Shown: positions 60,542-64,000 of the stretch, piece by piece
How positions within the stretch are numbered: position 1 is the stretch's first letter
Layout of the letters: every line of letters starts with the position of its first letter
Assembly: GCA_035363115.1 (NCBI GenBank)
Contig: DAOSEM010000001.1
Span: 271,356 to 335,355, forward strand
Origin: Syntrophales bacterium
Lineage (GTDB): Bacteria > Desulfobacterota > Syntrophia > Syntrophales > PHBD01
Direction of reading: 5' to 3'
DNA length: 64,000 bases
Translations under genes and position numbers: made by a program
Notes under the pieces: generated by a model
Databases searched by the model: none
Told to the model about the DNA's origin: nothing
What the model saw: the letters and a program-made list of their open reading frames with translations, nothing else

Positions 60542-61162
60542 TCAGCCCGAGAAGCTCCGGAAGCTGCTCGTCATCCGGGAGAAAAACCCGGCCTTCCGGG
60601 CGCCCGGCGAGGTCGACGTGTAACGGCGGTTTCCGTAGCTGTATCCGTAATAGCGGCTTCCGTACCAGTAGCTTCTTGTGGGATTGCCCGACTGCCTTTC
60701 CTCTTCCTTGAGGCGTTCCTCCAGGGGCAGGCGGCTGGCGAGGCTCTGCTGGTAGACCGCTTCGTTAGCGTACACGAATGGGTTCGGGGACGTGGTCTTG
60801 CCCATCATGTACCCCAGAAGGCCCGCCGACAGGACGGTCCCCAGGCCCAGCATATTCCGCTCCTGGCCTGCCCCGTCCATGAGGCTGCGGACCTTGTCCT
60901 CCGGCAGGGTCTCGCTGGTTCCGTCCCGCCGCTTCACAACCACTCCCGTGGTGCTGCTGGGGTATTCGTTCACGATCTTGTAGTCTCCAGGCGCCGTTTC
61001 CTCGATCTGGGTCATGACGCCGGCCTTCCGTTCCTGCATGACGTTTCCGTCCGTGCCGCCGGTCGTCGTGACCGGCGCCTCATCGCACCCCGTGAGCAGG
61101 GTGTGGGCCAGGAAAAACACGCCCCCGGCGATGACTCGGCTTTTGCGCCCCGGCTGTTTCAT
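60542..61162 (-). CDS. DUF1190 (YgiB/YjfM-like) lipoprotein
   Basis: Lipobox LLTGC. A Gly-rich hydrophobic stretch LGLGTVLSAGLLGYMMGK resembles E. coli YgiB LMAGYMMGRLMG. Ser/Tyr/Gly-rich tail. Confidence 0.65.
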   Translation of the reverse strand: MKQPGRKSRVIAGGVFFLAHTLLTGCDEAPVTTTGGTDGNVMQERKAGVMTQIEETAPGDYKIVNEYPSSTTGVVVKRRDGTSETLPEDKVRSLMDGAGQERNMLGLGTVLSAGLLGYMMGKTTSPNPFVYANEAVYQQSLASRLPLEERLKEEERQSGNPTRSYWYGSRYYGYSYGNRRYTSTSPGARKAGFFSRMTSSFRSFSG

Positions 61163-61181
61163 GGCTTCCTCCTGATCCCGG

Positions 61182-62003
61182 TCAAACGATCATGCGGCTG
61201 ATGACGACGGCGAGGGCGATGACGAGGCCCTGCACCAGGAGGGCCGCGGCGGTATTCCCCGCCTGGATCTGGTCTTCCAGTTTCGTCTTCGGGAGGAAGA
61301 TCCAGTCGGAGACCTTCTGGAAAATCAGGAGAAACAGCATGCCCGAGGCGGCGCTGATGAGAAACCAGCCCAGGCTCTCGGCCCAGCCGGTGAAGTCTCC
61401 GGCGATGCTCGACCGCAGGATGATGCTGTAGGCCACGAGCAGCCCCGCCACGGTGATCCCCGCGCTGAGGTTGCCCTCCCGCAGGCAGGCCGCCGTGCGG
61501 AACCGGTAGATCCGCTGGTGCATGAAGACCGCCAGGTACAGGAAGAGCTGGCCCAGCCCGAAAAACGCCATGGCCGAGAGGATGCCTCCGACCTCTCCGG
61601 CAAATGCGCCGTTCAGCAGGATCCCCGTGGCGATGAAGCTGCCCGCCTCGACGATCCCCGTCGGCACGTTCCCCGCCTTGATCAGGTCGTTGTTGCGGAC
61701 ACCCGGGACGAGAATGCGGTCGTTCAGGAGATGGGCCGCGAAGAAGAGGACCGTCGTGATGGCCCCGTCGGTGAGAAAGACCACCAGGTCGGCCCTCCGG
61801 AGCCCCCCCTGGAAGACCCCCGCCAGGGCGGTGCAGATTCCAACGTAGAGGCCGAACCGGCGGAGCGCCACGGCCGTGTTGGCCTCCTTCTCCACGGCGA
61901 GATCGTCGTCGAATTTCGTGAGGACGTCGGCGATCCGCTTGGAAAGGTAGAGAAATGCCAGGATGAGCGCCATGTACACCACGATCATGCCGTATCGTTC
62001 CAT
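61182..62003 (-). CDS. DUF350 (YjfL-like) membrane protein, two tandem DUF350 units
   Basis: Eight predicted hydrophobic helices. Repeated motif around AVALRRFGLYVGICTALAG and AGITVAGLLVAYSIILRSS. Lies upstream of the DUF1190 and GSP-like genes, as in the E. coli yjfL-yjfM-yjfC order. Confidence 0.6.
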   Translation of the reverse strand: MERYGMIVVYMALILAFLYLSKRIADVLTKFDDDLAVEKEANTAVALRRFGLYVGICTALAGVFQGGLRRADLVVFLTDGAITTVLFFAAHLLNDRILVPGVRNNDLIKAGNVPTGIVEAGSFIATGILLNGAFAGEVGGILSAMAFFGLGQLFLYLAVFMHQRIYRFRTAACLREGNLSAGITVAGLLVAYSIILRSSIAGDFTGWAESLGWFLISAASGMLFLLIFQKVSDWIFLPKTKLEDQIQAGNTAAALLVQGLVIALAVVISRMIV

Positions 62004-62067
62004 CGTTCGCTCCTTGTCTTGAGGCCGCGGCGCCGGAACCGGCGTGGCGGCGGTGTTCGCGGGTCGT

Positions 62068-63402
62068 TCAGAGTTTCCGGAGCAGCCCCTGGGCGGCGAT
62101 GTGGATTGGGTCCCACGGACCGCTGAAGGGTGGGGCGTACGCCAGGTCGAGGTAGGCCACTTCCTCCAGGGACAGGCCCGCCCAGAGGGCCGCCGAGAGT
62201 GTGTTCACGCGGCTGACCGCCCCCGCTTCGCCGATGGCCTGGGCCCCCAGGAACTTTCCCGTTCCCCGGTCCGCTGTGAGCTTCAGGCCCACTCTCCTGG
62301 CGGTGGGCATGGACCGGGCGGCGCTGGTTCCCCACAGGATCGTACTCACCGGGTGAAATCCAGCAGCCTTGGCTTCCCGCTCTCCCAGCCCCGTGACGGC
62401 GGCCTCCAGGTTGAAGACCTTGAAGGACTGGGCGCCCACGATGCCGGGGAATACCATGGGATCGCCACCGATGTTGCTGCCGGCCACGCGGCCCTGTTTG
62501 TTGGCGATGTCTCCCAGGGGCACATGGACCCATTTCCCGCTCACCCGGTGGAAGGATTCGCAGCAGTCCCCGGCGGCATATATGTTTTCTTCGGACGTTT
62601 GCTGGGAGAAGTTGACCGCGATGGCCCCCGTCTGACCGATGGCCACGCCCGCATCCCGGGCAAGGTCCGCGTCCGGACGTGTGCCGAGTGCCAGGAGGAT
62701 GATGTCCGCCTCCAGGGGACCGGCGCTCGTGTTGAGGCGGTTGCGGCATGTGGAGCCGGCTTCGATGGAAAGCGTCGTCGTCTCCGGCAGGAACGTCACG
62801 TCGTTACGGCCCAGCTCTTCGATGATCAGATTCGAAAATTCCGGATCCCAGCGGGCCGCCGGCAGGGTTCCCCGGTGGACGATGGTCGTCCCGACCCCCG
62901 CCATGCGGAAGGCCTCGGCCATCTCCAGGCCGATGAAGCCGGCGCCGACAATGATGGCCTTCCTGCAGGGCATCTCCCGGATCAACTGCTTGATGCGGAG
63001 GGCGTCGGTCAGGCGCTTCAGGACGAAGACCCCCTCCCGGTCCTCTCCGGGCATCCCCGGCGTGAAGGCCTTGACGCCCGTGCCGAAGACGAGGAAGTCG
63101 AAGGGGAGCGTTCTCCCGCCCTCCGCATGCACCGTCCGTGCATGGAGATCCACGGCCTCAACGCCCGTGTCCGTGAGGACTTCAATCCCCGATTCCCGGA
63201 ACTTCTCCGGGGTCCTTGCGATCAGTTTCCGCTCGTCCTTGATCAGATCGCCTATGAAATAGGGCATCGGACAGGCGGCTGTGGATGTATAAGCCGTCCG
63301 CTCGATGATGGTGACGGTCAGGTCCGGATCCTTCCTCCTTGCCTCCGCCGACGCGGAAGCGCCCCCGGCACCCCCTCCGATCACGACCATGTTCTTGCCC
63401 AT
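62068..63402 (-). CDS. FAD-dependent pyridine nucleotide-disulfide oxidoreductase (CoA-disulfide reductase / NADH oxidase family)
   Basis: VVIGGGAGGASAS (FAD GxGxxG), a single redox-Cys motif TAACPMPYF, and a second Rossmann motif IVGAGFIGLEMAE. Confidence 0.88.
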   Translation of the reverse strand: MGKNMVVIGGGAGGASASAEARRKDPDLTVTIIERTAYTSTAACPMPYFIGDLIKDERKLIARTPEKFRESGIEVLTDTGVEAVDLHARTVHAEGGRTLPFDFLVFGTGVKAFTPGMPGEDREGVFVLKRLTDALRIKQLIREMPCRKAIIVGAGFIGLEMAEAFRMAGVGTTIVHRGTLPAARWDPEFSNLIIEELGRNDVTFLPETTTLSIEAGSTCRNRLNTSAGPLEADIILLALGTRPDADLARDAGVAIGQTGAIAVNFSQQTSEENIYAAGDCCESFHRVSGKWVHVPLGDIANKQGRVAGSNIGGDPMVFPGIVGAQSFKVFNLEAAVTGLGEREAKAAGFHPVSTILWGTSAARSMPTARRVGLKLTADRGTGKFLGAQAIGEAGAVSRVNTLSAALWAGLSLEEVAYLDLAYAPPFSGPWDPIHIAAQGLLRKL

Positions 63403-63421
63403 CCTGAAGCCTCCTTTCGGG

Positions 63422-64000
63422 TTACCGATTCCGCGCCGCGGCGGTCTTTTGCATCCAGAAGACCGCCAGTCCCGCCCCGATCATGAGCAGGCAGAGAAGC
63501 TGTCCCATGCTCAGGGAAAGCCAGAGAAGCCCGAGCTGGGCGTCTGGTTCCCGGAAAAATTCAATGACGAAACGAATGAGACCATAGCCGATCAGATACA
63601 GCGAGAAGAGAAATCCGTCAAAGGGGCTTTTCCGGCGGATCGCCCAGAGAATGGCGAAAAGGACAAGGCCCTCGAAGAACGCCTCGTAAAGCTGGGAGGG
63701 GTGGCGAAGCCGGCCTGTGGGGTCGAGGGGAAAATACATCCCCCAGGGCATCGTCGTGGCGCGTCCCCAGAGCTCGCCGTTCAGGAAATTCCCGAGCCGG
63801 CCGAAGGTGTAGCCCAGCGGCACCGTGGGACAGATCAGGTCCGTCATGTTCCAGAAGGCGAAGCCGTTGCGCCGGCAGAACCAGACGGCCGCCAGGATCA
63901 CCCCCACGAGCCCGCCGTGGAACGACATGCCGCTGATGCCGACGAAGCGGATTCCGTTTCCGAATTCAAAGGGCAGGAATATCTCCAGGGGATGATGCGC
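63422..64000 (-). CDS. lgt: Prolipoprotein diacylglyceryl transferase (N-terminus outside the window)
   Basis: The frame is open to nt 64000. ISGMSFHGGLVGVILA, GRLGNFLNGELWGR and HPSQLYEAFFEGLVLF are Lgt signatures. Confidence 0.9.
   Translation of the reverse strand, partial: AHHPLEIFLPFEFGNGIRFVGISGMSFHGGLVGVILAAVWFCRRNGFAFWNMTDLICPTVPLGYTFGRLGNFLNGELWGRATTMPWGMYFPLDPTGRLRHPSQLYEAFFEGLVLFAILWAIRRKSPFDGFLFSLYLIGYGLIRFVIEFFREPDAQLGLLWLSLSMGQLLCLLMIGAGLAVFWMQKTAAARNR

Overview
GC-rich bacterial chromosomal segment. The gene content (three RND efflux systems, MlaA, Lgt, an iron-sulfur flavoprotein domain, a BKACE enzyme, acyl-CoA ligase) suggests a Gram-negative anaerobe, but the taxon cannot be set from sequence alone. 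I call about 55 protein genes, mostly on the minus strand and often joined by 1-4 nt stop/start overlaps. Main blocks are: acrR-acrA-acrB-like efflux (1-5058); an acyl-CoA synthetase ORF running in frame into an Isf-like flavoprotein; a long co-directional string pyrR-pyrB-pyrC-recO-uvrC-mntP-ogt (15166 down to 8584) with a PyrR-type attenuator upstream; trkA-trkH; a TolC-like/MFP/RND operon; the classical queA-tgt-yajC-secD-secF block extended by DUF456 and lepB; a sirtuin-NRDE(TANGO2-like)-NUDIX operon; corA; a secreted hydrolase-MlaA-DUF3141 operon; a TetR-MFP-RND operon whose RND ORF continues in frame into a TolC-like domain; an AT-richer islet with a DUF4143 ATPase; and a DUF350-DUF1190-glutathionylspermidine-synthase-like-TerC-SpoU string. 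No rRNA, tRNA, CRISPR array, transposase or integrase was seen. The most unusual feature is noncoding: a composite, hairpin-rich intergenic element of about 0.5-0.6 kb present twice (18261-18872 and 32358-32883). It is built from three modules. The central module has the opposite orientation relative to the outer modules in the two copies. In copy 1 it is bracketed by perfect 36-bp inverted repeats, an invertible-switch-like or mosaic-repeat architecture with signs of conserved RNA or DNA secondary structure. Most long ORFs in the six-frame track that lie antisense to recognisable genes are high-GC artefacts. Several ORF-track starts were trimmed to internal ATG/GTG/TTG starts supported by homology, ribosome-binding sites or stop/start coupling.
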